64,000 bases of DNA, from assembly GCA_950097015.1 (NCBI GenBank), contig CATNEN010000015.1:1364001-1428000 (forward strand). Reading direction: 5' to 3'. A program made the position numbers and the translations under genes. The number at the start of each line of letters is the position of its first letter. Position 1 is the first letter of the stretch. Below, piece after piece: positions 44,701 through 56,400 of the stretch. Origin of the DNA: Macrostomum hystrix. Lineage: Eukaryota; Animalia; Platyhelminthes. The notes under the pieces were generated by a model that saw nothing but the letters and a program-made list of their open reading frames with translations, was not told the DNA's origin and made no database searches.

Positions 44701-45350
44701 AGCTTCCTATACCAGTCTAATACCACTCTAGTGTAATGCAGCAGGCAGTTAACATGTTGAGAAATTTTTAATTCAACATATTCTATGGTCACCCTTGTTT
44801 CTTGGTTGACTTTAGCTTTTTGTACCTTATATTATAAAGGAAACAGTGATTTTGTGAATTTTATACAAAGTACTAACACTAATTCATTTAAGGAAGTTTG
44901 TTTCTGCCCCTCTCCACTTTGGTTCCTGTATTGGCAAGTGTATTAGATTAGAATAGGAGACATTAAGTTTTGTTATTTGCCATTTGTCATGTGCTGATTC
45001 CTTAGCTGAATCCTGGTTCATGGTCTTGTTTTTTTTAATTCAGCATATCATAATCTATTGGATAGAAACAAACATAACTTGTATGACAATTTTTGAACTA
45101 ATTATGATAAGTGCTAAAATTAAAAATTTATTTTTTACTATGTTCAAAATCAAAATTTGGAAAAGCAAAATCTACTTAGGATCGATCTTCAGTCAAATAT
45201 AAAGTAAAATTCAACATAAGGCAACAATAGGCCTAAGGCTTAAACAATAATACTATTTTCATTTAAATACATTTTATCCTTAGGCCTACAAATAGATAAT
45301 GAAAGGCCATTTAAAAAGCAATTCTCGTCACTCACCTCATCATCCGACAT
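38702..45350 (-). CDS. ISWI: ISWI/SNF2H chromatin-remodelling ATPase; exons 45350-45336, 43572-42557, 42009-41352, 41260-40677, 40590-40467, 40089-39781, 39010-38702 (1004 aa)
   Basis: [62 protein letters not shown]; HAND-SANT-SLIDE ([28 protein letters not shown]); junction phases consistent. Confidence 0.96.
39062..39360 (-). mobile_element. tRNA-derived SINE family 2 copy (ISWI last intron)
   Basis: Head gtggcagagcg...gagctcgattcc on the minus strand; body shared with 48586, 54317 and 56927. Confidence 0.8.
39460..39605 (+). mobile_element. SINE family 1, partial copy
   Basis: ttcacccagc...gagggtgggtgtggcgt...catctggcccaatt. Confidence 0.7.
42146..42425 (+). mobile_element. tRNA-derived SINE family 1, near full-length copy in an ISWI intron
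   Basis: A box tggttagagcg, B box ggttcgattc, core gcaagacacttaa...cagttcacccagct...aaatgggtacc, AT-rich tail. Confidence 0.85.
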
Positions 45351-46145
45351 TTTTTAAAATTGACTCTGCCTGGCTGTTTGAAGCAAAGTATTTAAAATAA
45401 TGCGAAGTGTTTAACTGTTAAAATTTAAATAGGCCTATAGGAGCAGTAAAGGACAGTCTAATTAATTATATAACAAATACGTATTACTTTGTAAATATAT
45501 TTTAAATTTATCAGCGTTTAGTTTTGTTGATTAGTTTATCTGTGTTTTTGCTATAATTTCTATTAGCATTAACACCACATAGGCCTAGCTATATTACACA
45601 GAGCATGCAGCAAGCCCGACCACAGCTCTCAACGGAGCAGTTGTTTTTTTTTCTTTAAAAATCAAGAAAGTAACATAGTCAAAAGAGCAATAATAAACAA
45701 AAAGTGTTTCTACTGTCTTCTTTTATATTTTTGTATTTTTCTTATATTAAGTTCGGTAATTTTATGACACTTTTTGTTTAATTTAACGTTTTATACGTTA
45801 AAAAGAAAGCCGAAAGTTCATTAGAATAATGGCGGCTCGGAAACTATGTTTTAATGTGTGTCAACTGAAAATTTCTTGCATAGCGAAAAAATTGCGAATA
45901 TGAACTATATTTTCATGACCGCGATGAAAATGACCATGCGCCACTAAATTATATTACAACTATACCTATTTTAAAACGTATATTTCAAACTGTATTTATC
46001 TATGTATCGTTGTTTGAATTCAAGGTAATAATTATGCAATGCGAGATATTTAGCAGTCTTGCTAGTTCATGGCTACAATGATTTCATTTTCAGAATTTTT
46101 TAAAATATACATTAGCTATCTACTATGACTTGTGTGTACATTGCC

Positions 46146-46325
46146 TAGCTAGGCCAGGATAATTGAAGGTGGATGTGGCAACCCCCAGTCCATAGACTGA
46201 ACAGTTGTAGGGGGCCTACTCAGTCTTCAGATAGGGGCCTACACCACAATTGATAGCTGCAGCTGTGCTGTTGGCTGCATAGGCCTATCTGGCCCGATTG
46301 GGACAGGTGTAATCAGTTATTATTA
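46146..46325 (+). mobile_element. SINE family 1, 3' portion, interrupted by GGCC-type micro-insertions
   Basis: Aligns to 27440-27550 and 42300-42420 apart from short insertions at TA sites. Confidence 0.8.
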
Positions 46326-47506
46326 ATTAATTATCTGGCTATAACTAGCCCTTCTACTAGTTATAGTATAGGCCTATTAGCTAAAATTCAATAATTAAAT
46401 TAAAATAATAACAATGGTAGGGGCTCCAGTGAGAATTAAAAATAAAGAATTCTATATTTTTGGTTATCTTGTGTTACAGATCTTGCTTGTCTGAGTTAAA
46501 AGACACCTCACTCATCAAAATTTGTCAAGTAATAAAAAATTTATAACAAATTTTGATCAACATTTTAGTTGTTTTCATAATTTATTTTTCCTATAAGGGG
46601 CTGTGATCCAGATGACCAGATAGATTTGACTTGGAAAACAAAAAAAATGCAATAACTTTATTTTTAATGGATTTTTTAAATTCCAAAAGCATATAGTACA
46701 TTTTTTCGTTATCTACACTATTAATATTATATATATATATATCTTCTATTAGGCCTAACACTCAGCATTAAAGTATTAAATTTCGATTTTACATTGATTA
46801 GGATTACTATGCTGACAAGATGTGTTTATTTGTTTACAATATAAAACTCATTTGGCTTTAAAGAAGTGGCAAAGCCATACCTATTCCATAGCTTAACAAA
46901 TAGACATCGCACAGACATAAATTTACTAGGCCTATTTACAGTCAATTGCAAAAGCCATCTGAAATGCGTAAAGGGGGTACATTAGAGAAACATGTTTCCA
47001 GGCGATTCCACTAAAGGTTTGAGTATATCATATTCTACATTAAATTCTACATTAAATTTTAATGGGATACACTTGGAAAACACTAAAAACAATGATTGAA
47101 AAAAAAAAGATAATTTCAACCAAAAAATTCACAAAGTAAAAAACAGTCTTTTACTAAAAAAGAATTGTTAACATTGATTTTTATATCATCTTTCAAATAC
47201 AAGTACAAAAATGTTTCTGAATAAAAAGAATTTCGAATATATGTCAAAAGAAAGAGTCTTTCAAACTTATGCTTAGAATTAAGGTTTCATATAGAGCAGA
47301 GCCTAATGGGAATTATGTTTGGTTAACATTTAAATTTAGCATTGCTAGGCCTATCAGTAGGCCAAGCTACAACTGTGATGTTGCCTTCATATATTTTTTA
47401 ATATTAATTTTAACATTAGTCTGTTGCCGATGATATTTGTTAAGCAGAAATATTTTACAGAGTGTATTGAACATGAATGTTAAAATCTCTTCAGCCGTCA
47501 CAACTC

Positions 47507-50302
47507 ATGAATGTGTCAGTCATTGTGATTGACTCTGATGATGACAATGAGCAACAGCCTATACAGCGGCAGCAGCAGCAGAGAGCACTTGTCACCCCAG
47601 CCTCCTTAGCAGCTGCAGCTGCCATAAAAGCCAGAGCAGTTGTGCCCCAGCCACCACCCCAGCATGCCAACTATGCTGGCAGCCTTCAGAGCGTCAAGCT
47701 CGGCGGCTTCGTGCCTCTCAACTGTACCGTCACCACCGCCGCCGCCAATGCCCACTCGCGCCGCTTCAAAGAGACTCCGCGAGGCCGAAAGTCCACCGGA
47801 GGTCTCTGTGTCAGCTCGGCCATGCGCCAGCTGGCCTCGCCCCCGACACCTCCGCCAACCCCGCCAGTCAAGCTACAGGCGGTGGTCAGCAACGGCCGCC
47901 TTGTGCCCTCCCCATCGCCTGCCAAGCCGCTGCCGCCAGCCGCAACCTACGAGTCTGTGATTGAGAACGAGAACAACTACATTGACTACACTGAGTACTT
48001 CTACTGCCGCGAGTTCGACCCCACGGAATCCGTGACGTCATCGGCGGCCGCTGCGCCCATCACGCAGGGGCCGTTCACCTACGCCTGCTGCGTCTGCCCC
48101 GCCCGGCTTCCCAGCGCCCACCTGGCCGCTGAGCACATCCTTGAGCACCTGCTCAGTGCCCGAATCCAACGCGCCAGCTTGTCAGCGCACACCCGCTGTC
48201 CCCGCTGCCTCCGCAGCTTCGCCACTCCGGCCCGCATGCAGCGGCACCTGAGTCGCGCCCACCCCACCTCCCAGCCGGACGAGTCCGCCCTGGTCTGCCG
48301 CGTCTGCGAGCTGCACTTCGACACAGACGCCCAGCTCGCCAGCCACCTGCACTGTGCGCATCCGCCTCGGGACATGCCCTACCGCTGCGAGCTGTGCGCC
48401 CACCGCTCCAGCTGCCACGCCGATGTTATTCGGCACTTTTACTCGTTCCACGCCACCAGCGGGGAGCTGCTCTGCCAGTTCTGCTTGAAAGTGTTCCGAT
48501 TTCAAAGCGGTGAGTTGATAAAACTGTCCGGAATGAGCACCAGCAGGTCATGTGTGCTTCACTATCAAGAATAAAAATAATTTTAGGAGGGCTGCGGGCA
48601 ATGGCACATCATTTACTGACACCAGACCCGCAGCTAGTGAGGAGGCAATTCTGCCCATTCCGCTGACTCCTGAGCACACACAGATACCTTGACGCTGGCA
48701 CACACTCACACAGGTGCCTTGGGGGTCGGCCCTCAAGGGCGTAAATTGCACGAAAAGCCTACAAGCCTTCTCTCCGCGTTAAACGCTCCGCCGCTGAGCC
48801 CTGAGGATCGGTTTAAGAATCACCGTTTGTCCCAAACAGGCCAGATGTGCAGCCGAAGCACAGTCGCGGCGCATCTGAAGGCTGCATGCAGCCGACTGTT
48901 TAGTCCATGGACTCGGGGGGATACCACACACCCTCAATCCGATGCACTAAACACTAGGCTACGTAGTTCATAAACTTTAACAAGCCGTACCCTGATAGAC
49001 AGAGACAGCACTCAATGTTGACTTCTGCGGGCTTTGACCGACCCTCAGGTCCCGGCCAGTCAGCCACCCAGTCGCTAAGCTCCTATTACACCCACCTGCG
49101 CGCACACCTGGCTGATCAGTGCGGCTCAGACGGTGACGCGAATAGCAACGCCTGCTCCCGCTGCCGGTTGCACTTCCTCAGCCGGCGGAATCTGCGGCGC
49201 CACGCCGACTCCGATCACAATGGCAAAAGCTTCAACCTATTCGAGCTGACCGCGCCTGCTGCTTCAACTGCCGCCAACTCAGCCGCGGCAGCTGCGGCCA
49301 TCCGCAGTTTAAACGCGGCGCCGGCATCCAGACTGTGCGGCCTCGCTCAGCTGAAATATCGAGTCCGCAGGCAGCAATCCTGCCTGGAATGCCAGCGCCC
49401 GATGTGTCTGACAGGCGAGTTCGAATGTCTAGCATGACTTCTTAGAACAGGTGTAAACAGGTAAACAGGTGTACAGTGCAAGTGATAACAGACAGAGGGA
49501 TTCCAACCATCGCAGGTCACTATCATCGCGAGTTCCTCTGCCCGGCCTGTCGCTACGTCACCTGCTGCGGCGACGCGTTTGCGCGGCACGAGAGGCGGCA
49601 TCGAGCGGGCGTCGCCGGGCCGTCCGCCCTGACCAAAAGTGCTTCAAGGCCGGCGCTTGGCGAGGTCGGAGTCGGCGCTGGCAACAGCAAGTCGGCCTAC
49701 GCCCTCTACTGCCGCTGCGGCTTCGTAACTGCTGACGGCGATGCCATGGCCAGGTGAGCGAGTCTACGAGATGGTTCTCATTGCTATTAGACAGTCTATT
49801 AATTATCCCAAAAGCATGACATGTCTCCAATTATCCCAATAGTTCCCAAAGCAACACCGGTCTACAATTATCTCAATAATTCCCAAAGCAATCCACCGGT
49901 CTCCAATTGTCCCAAAAGTTCCCAAATCAACACCTGGTCTCCAATTGTCCCAAAAGTTCCTAAAGCATCTATAATTCTCACCTGTGCATCAGGCACGTGG
50001 CTGTTGGCTGCCGTGTCAGCAGTGGGGTGAGTCGAGGCTGTTCCTCTGCATCAGCGGGCGCTACTCAGCGCTGGCAGGGCTACAGCAGTGTGCGCCTCAT
50101 CCGTCGGGCACGTCATCGGAAAACCCGCCAGCTGAGGCGGCAGCAGCGGCTGCGCAACGCTTTGAAGCCTGCCGCAGCGCAGGACGGAGCTGCCGGACCA
50201 ATCAAGGTGCCCTTCGAGGCGGTGATGGCTGATTTGGCGGTTCCCAGCGGAGTGCCACTGCTGGAGTCTGTGGGCTTGGGCAAGAGAATCGTTGCCATTT
50301 AG
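47507..50302 (+). CDS. POGZ/ZNF280-like multi-C2H2 zinc-finger protein without a transposase domain; exons 47507-48509, 49049-49414, 49516-49753, 49993-50302 (638 aa; 5' end uncertain)
   Basis: YRCELCAHRSSCHADVIRHFYSFH..LLCQFCLKVF and CRYVTCC match the POGZ/ZNF280 finger cluster as I recall it; phases are consistent using one GC-AG intron. Confidence 0.75.
48586..48830 (-). mobile_element. SINE family 2 copy
   Basis: gacccgcagctagtgaggaggcaattctg...ggccctcaag...aagccttctctccg shared with 39080-39280. Confidence 0.75.
48855..48950 (-). mobile_element. SINE family 1 fragment
   Basis: gcagccga.agcacag...gcgcatctgaaggctg...ctgtt.agtccatggact. Confidence 0.65.
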
Positions 50303-51230
50303 TAGCGCAGAGTCATCGACTGGCTTTGGACACTCCCACCGCTGAAATTTTGTATTTTGTATCTGTATTGAAATGTATCAGTGCTCCGAAAAATTATTTA
50401 AATTAGCGCTTATGCTACTTGCAGATTGTCTATCTCAGTAGTATGTTATACTCATTTGGCTTAAAAAGTAATACTTGCCCCCTATACCATGTCTGGTTAG
50501 CCGAATCTTGTATGCCATCTGCCAGCTAATGGCACGGCTTTCAAAAACAACTTCCTAACTGTCAGCAATCAGAGTTGCCTATTTGTCTCGGTGTCTTATT
50601 GTCAGATTTTTGTTAATTTAATTGAATTATAATTTAAGTAGATGATTATTTGTATTAGTCCGCATCGGGAATTTCCATGATCCTCTTGTCCCAAAGTCTT
50701 CCCCTCAGTCAATATAGCTTTTGCATCGCTGAATAAAAATAGTATTTGTTTGGCTAGCAAGGCTTGGCAGCTGATCGAATCTAGCTTATTTCCATTGCAA
50801 TATTTGCACTATTTCTCGATCGCTAATGCAAGTCAGAGGGTGCTGCCCATTCTCCTATGCCTGCTTGTTGTCTATGGTATTTTTCTAACGACGGGTCCCA
50901 ATGGGATCTCCAGTTTGTTGCACTTCTATGCTTATGCTTGTAAATAGTGCATCGAGGGCCCGATCTCGCGTGCCAACCTGCCTGCACTGTGCGACTGTCC
51001 TATTTATACCTGCCTGTTATTGCTAAGCCAATCTGCACATTGGCCTCTGCTATGCCACATTTCATTATCTGTAATGCTAATATATGTTGCTTGCTTTATT
51101 AACATTTGCTAGAGACACCATTTGTGTGGTCTGACCGTCCAAACTAAACTGCTTTGTTCCGAGTCATTTTATTCTCATTCGTTTCCTGCTTTCATCTGTT
51201 ATTAGTATCTGGATTCCACGTTTCCTTGTG

Positions 51231-51947
51231 GATTGATATTCCCAATATCCCATAGGTTGATATTCCCCAATATCCCATAGATTGATATTCCCCAATATCC
51301 CATAGATTGATATTCCCAATATCCCATAGATTGATATTCCCCAATATCCCATAGATTGATATTCCCAATATCCCATAGATTGATATTCCCCAATATCCCT
51401 TAGCTTGATATTCCCCAATATCCCATAGATTGATATTCCCAATATCCCATAGATTGATATTCCTCAATATCCCTTAGCTTGATATTCCCCAATATCCCAT
51501 AGATTGATATTCCCAATATCCCATAGATTGATATTCCCCAATATCCCTTAGCTTGATATTCCCCAATATCCCATAGATTGATATTCCCCAATACCTCATA
51601 GATTGATATTCCCCAATATCCCATAGATTGATATTCCCCAATATCCCATAGATTGATATTCCCAATATCCCATAGATTGATATTCCCCAATTTCCCTTAG
51701 CTTGATATTCCCCAATATCCCATAGATTGATATTCCCCAATACCTCATAGATTGATATTCCCCAATATCCCATAGATTGATATTCCCCAATATCTCGTAG
51801 ATTAATATTCCCCAATATCCCTTAGCTTGATATTCCCCAATATCTCGTAGATTAATATTCCCCAATATCCCTTAGCTTGATATTCCCCAATATCCCATAG
51901 ATTAATATTCCCCAATATCCCTTAGCTTGATATTCCCCAATATCCCA
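51231..51947. repeat. 24-25-bp minisatellite (gatattccccaatatcccatagatt, variant ...cccttagctt), about 29 units
   Basis: Read directly. Confidence 0.95.
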
Positions 51948-52680
51948 TTTACTCTATGAAGAAACTATGCCGTGGTGGTATTCAGCACAAACATAGTAGG
52001 CAATATTTCAGAAACCAATTTCCTGCTAAATACGTACAGAAAATACAGACGTTATCTCTGGTTGGTGACTTAAAAAACGTTAGTAAACTAGTCTTCTCGA
52101 TTCTCACTTCTGACCTTGGCTGTGATCCTGTCAACTGCCGGTTGCTTATCTCTGCTTGTGTCGTGTTTGGCATGTAGTCTAGACAAGAGGTTGATTGTAC
52201 TGCACTGGCCTATTCGCATGCGTAGTGACGATTACAACTTGTTGAAAAGTTGATAATGACTGGAAAATTGAGACATCCGATGGAAGGAAAGCTGAACGAA
52301 AATGCGTTTAAAATAATAAATGACACCAAAGGCTAATAGGCCCGTCTGAACACATGTTGAAACTGGAAGATGACACACATTGTTTTGAATGTCTCTGTCG
52401 AGTTTCTAATTTCGCAGCCAGCTAATCTTGCCGATTAAATCTAACGCTCGCTAACTATATCGTTTTTTTTCTGCAAAGCAAACAATTGCAATCACAAAAC
52501 ACGCAGAAGTCTGGTTTCAGAACAGCTAGCGATAAGGCAGACAGCTATTTAGGGACAGTGGGCCCTGAAAACTGCTGATAAGCTACTGCGCTGCAGGACT
52601 GCGGAGAAGCCTCACTTCGGGGACAATAAGCTCCAGCTACTATATCCGATTGTCAACTCCCTCTGTCTCAAGTGTGAGCC

Positions 52681-55600
52681 ATGCTGCTTGAGTTCAGCGA
52701 ACTACTGGACAAGAAGCTGAGCGGGCAGCGGTGGACCGAGGCTGATGTGCAGCTGCTGGTGCGCCTCGTCAGCTCCGGCCGTCTCTCTGGGCCGCAGGTC
52801 GGGGCGGCGCTTATGCTGATCTTCATCCGCGGCTTGGACTTCCAGGAGACCGTACACCTAACCTCCGCCATGACCGCCTCCGGTGATACCCTCACCTGGC
52901 CTGAGTCAGTGAGGGCACTGGTGAGTACTAACATAGATCTGACCGCTAGTTAACCCAGTACCAGAAGTAGTAAGAAATAAGGGAACGCAGTACCAAAGGT
53001 TCTCGCACAGCTGTCAGGGAGTCCACTCGAAGAGAAGGTAGTCAAAGCCAAACATGACGATCCTAGATAAAAATTAACACCAAGAGTAAACCTGACGGCG
53101 AGTGACAAAGACCTAATTAATAACGTCACTGCCGTTCTGCGCAGGTGGTGGACAAGCACAGCACAGGCGGTGTAGGTGACATGGTCAGCCCGCCCATGGT
53201 CGCGTCGCTGACGGCCCTCGGCCTGAAGTTGCCGATGATCTCGGGCCGGTCGCTGGGCCACACCGGCGGCACCATCGACAAGATGGAGTCGGTTCCCGGC
53301 TTCAACGCCAGCCTGACCACCGAGCAGATGAGCAGCGCCATCTTGTCGGAGGTTGGCGGCTTCATCGCTGGGCAGACGGAGGCCATGGTGCCGGCTGACC
53401 GGGTGCTGTACGCCGCCAGGTCCGAGACCGCCACCATCCGCTCCGTGCCGCTCATCACCAGCTCCATCCTGAGCAAGAAGGCCGCTGAAGGCATCTCCGC
53501 CTTGGTGATGGACGTCAAGTTCGGCAGGGCCGCCTTCATGAACACATTTGAAGACGCTCGCAAACTGGCCGAGTCCATAGTGAGCTGAGCTACTGCTTCT
53601 GAGCTGTTTAACAATATGCAAGCATAGACTCAGCCAGGTGCGAGTTCTAACCAGCACACAGTCTCACTCCACGCATCGGAGACTTTTTGTCAATGGGAGG
53701 TCGATTCTGACGAACCCGTGGGACAATCGGGGTGCTACCCACCCTGTACCAACCACCTCGCTCTGTTGTGGGGTGTGAGAGAGGAGGCAAGCCGCCTCTC
53801 GTTTGGGGTCCTTCTTTTGACTGATTTCTGAGCTGCTGTCACTGTCAGTTAAGGTTCGGTAACAAGGCCCATTCTGTCGATATGAGTGAGACCATAGCGG
53901 TTCCTACGTACGTTTCCACGTATCTAGGAATTTCCAGATAACTTATCTTTGGGGACAATTCTTTTCTAGGATTCGGTGCCTAGCTCTTAAAATCAAGTAA
54001 GTGCACAATGGATACATGACAACAGTGAAAAAGAAAATAAGGCCAACATCTCTGTTCTTGAAGAAGTTCCCGAAATGCTGGATGCCGAACGGGGGGTCAA
54101 CATCTCTCCTGGCAGAGCTGGTAAACGCATCTCGCACCAATGTCCCTGAGCTTGATTCTGCGGCGAGGCCACATTTATTTGGCTATTTATTTATTTATTA
54201 TTGTGGCTTGTCATGCAATTTACGCCCTTGAGGGCCAAACTTTCAAGGTGCAGCGAAAGTGTAAACTGCCTGACGATGAGAAAGTCAGGAAATAAAAAAA
54301 ATGTTATCATTGCAGTAGGGCTGCGGGAAATAACACATCATTTGTGACCCGCAGCCAGCGAGGATGCAACTCCTGAGCACACACGCTCACACAGGCGTGT
54401 ACATCTGCCCTGACTTTCTCATCGTCTGGCAGTGTACACTCTCATTGTGCCTTGGAGGTTGGCCCTCAATGGCGTAATTTTCACGACAAGCCCCCAAGCC
54501 TTCTCTCCGCGCTGCGCCCCAGATAAATGTGGCCTCGCCGCGGAATCGAGCTCAGGGACAATGGTGCGAGAAGCAAGCACGCTAACGGTTCAGCCTCGGA
54601 CCCACTGAAAGCCGGGGAGCATTTACCCTCCTGTGTGAGTGTGTGCCTGCATACAGTATCTGTGTGCTGTTCAGGAGTCAGCGGAATGGGCTGTGGGTTT
54701 ACTGCCAGCAGTCCAGTGCTCACAGCCCTCCTGCAAATTCATGAACCAAACATGGCCTTTGTAAAACGTCCTCAGGAGCAGACGGGCCGCGGCTACGGCA
54801 TGAAGGTGACGGTGTTCCTGACGGAGATGGACCGGCCGCTAGGCCGCTGCGTTGGCAACGCTGTGGAGGTGGCGGAGGCGCTCCAGGTGCTGAACGGAAG
54901 CGACGCGGCCTCGGCCGGCCTGTGCGAACTGGTGGCCCGGCAGAGCGGCTGCCTGCTGCGCCTAGCCGGGAAGGCCGAGTCGGACGAAGCCGGGGCGGCG
55001 GCCGTACGCAACTCATGGCGCGACGGCTCTGCGCTGCTGGCCATGCGCCGCATCCTGGTGAACCAGGGCGTCGCCGAGTCGCTGGCCGACCAGCTGTGCC
55101 AGCGTGGCAACTTTCCCGTGCGGGAGTACCTGCGCAGGATGGGGCGCGAGCCGGCGATCTCTACGCAGCTGCTCTGCCCAGCTGATGGTGCGAATTTCCG
55201 ATTCCTAATGTCCCACTGGTTTATCAGCTGCTTGCAAAAGCAAATTGAATCCGTTGTGCGAAAATGTCAATACTGTTTTCTCTCAACTCATTCGATTCTC
55301 AAACTCCCCACGCTCGCAGGCTTCGTGTCGGACATTGAGGCTCTGTCCCTGGCCAAGATCTGCCACCAACTGTGCCACCCGGAGCGGCTGGGCGGCGCGC
55401 TGGACTCCGGTGCCGGACTCGAGCTGCTGGTGGCCAAAGGCGACGCTGTCAAGAAAGGTGCGCGCAATTTGTAGACTTAGCCCCGGTGGATTCGATAAAG
55501 GGTGACTATTGAGCCGATAGAGGGGCTGTGGAGCACTTTCGGGGCAACATAGAATGTGAATGCAAGGCTTCAGTGATGATCTGATGGCCAATCAGAAAGG

Positions 55601-55862
55601 TGGATGATTGTAGGAGCTACTGATCGAATAGCCAAATATGTAAGCAAGAGAAGGGAACCATTGGGTCGAGGACTGGTTATCGAGTCGAGAGTCATCCCAA
55701 CTTCTCCATAATGCAATTTTCCCAGGTGACCCATGGGCTACCGTGTACCTGAGCGAGCCGCTGACCGAGCCGCAGCGTCAGGGCCTGGCCGCCTGCCTGC
55801 AGATCAGCGAGGAGCCGCCCAAACTGCAGCCCCTGATCCGAGAGGTTTTCCCGCTACACTGA
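52681..55862 (+). CDS. TYMP: Thymidine/pyrimidine-nucleoside phosphorylase; exons 52681-52920, 53145-53579, 54776-55187, 55320-55457, 55726-55862 (453 aa)
   Basis: [80 protein letters not shown]; four GT-AG introns with consistent phases. Confidence 0.92.
54110..54730. mobile_element. Three SINE family 2 pieces in alternating orientation (+ 54110-54290, - 54317-54606, + 54628-54730) in TYMP intron 2
   Basis: Shared motifs cccttgagggcc/ggccctcaa, gatgagaaagtcagg/cctgactttctcatc, cggcgaggccacattt/aaatgtggcctcgccg. Confidence 0.75.
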
Positions 55863-56289
55863 CTCGCAGCTTCCTGGCTCTGAGCCTGCCCAGCGGGCTT
55901 TATAATAGAATTGAAATCCCACCGTAGGAAATTTACATAATTAATAGGTAAAAATAACAACGGACTGAGTCTACTTTCTCGGTTGTGATTAAGAATTTGG
56001 CCAACTGGAAATTTTTAAGTTTGGATTTTTTGTAACTTTTGTTTATGCTATGCTGCTGGTCCTACAGCATCAACAAATACAATGTACTGTTGTGCACGTG
56101 CGCTTGCACTGCTCAAGTGCACTCGCCCCCCGCGCAACAAGTGCACTCGCAGTTGTTTTTGGCGTTGTTGTTTTTGGCGTTAAAGGCTCAGCGGTGTAAG
56201 CCGCTTAGCCGCCATTGTGTTGGCTGCGCGCTGGTTGGCTGGGCCGCCCTTTTTGGTCCTCGCCCCAGGCTGCCCCTCCCCCAGCTGCG

Positions 56290-56400
56290 CCGTGATTGGC
56301 CTGTGGGTGGCTGGGCCGGGGTGGTGGGTTGGGGTGGGGCGGGGGAGGGGGCCCCGGCCCTTGGTGAGCCGTGTCCTATAAAGGCGCGGCCGGGGGCGGG
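56290..56400 (+). promoter_or_regulatory. Pol II promoter-like cassette: reverse CCAAT (56295), GC boxes (56336, ~56393), TATAAA (56377)
   Basis: Motifs in canonical order within a GC-rich island; no downstream gene identified. Confidence 0.45.

Noticed and set aside
51164-51865. Overlapping minus-strand ORFs (GNINLWDIGEY repeats)
   Set aside because: Translation of the minisatellite.
53700-53760. Hammerhead ribozyme candidate (CTGACGA followed by a stem)
   Set aside because: No GAAA core after stem II and no closing stems found; the same applies to the CCTGACGC motifs at 56.6-56.9 kb.
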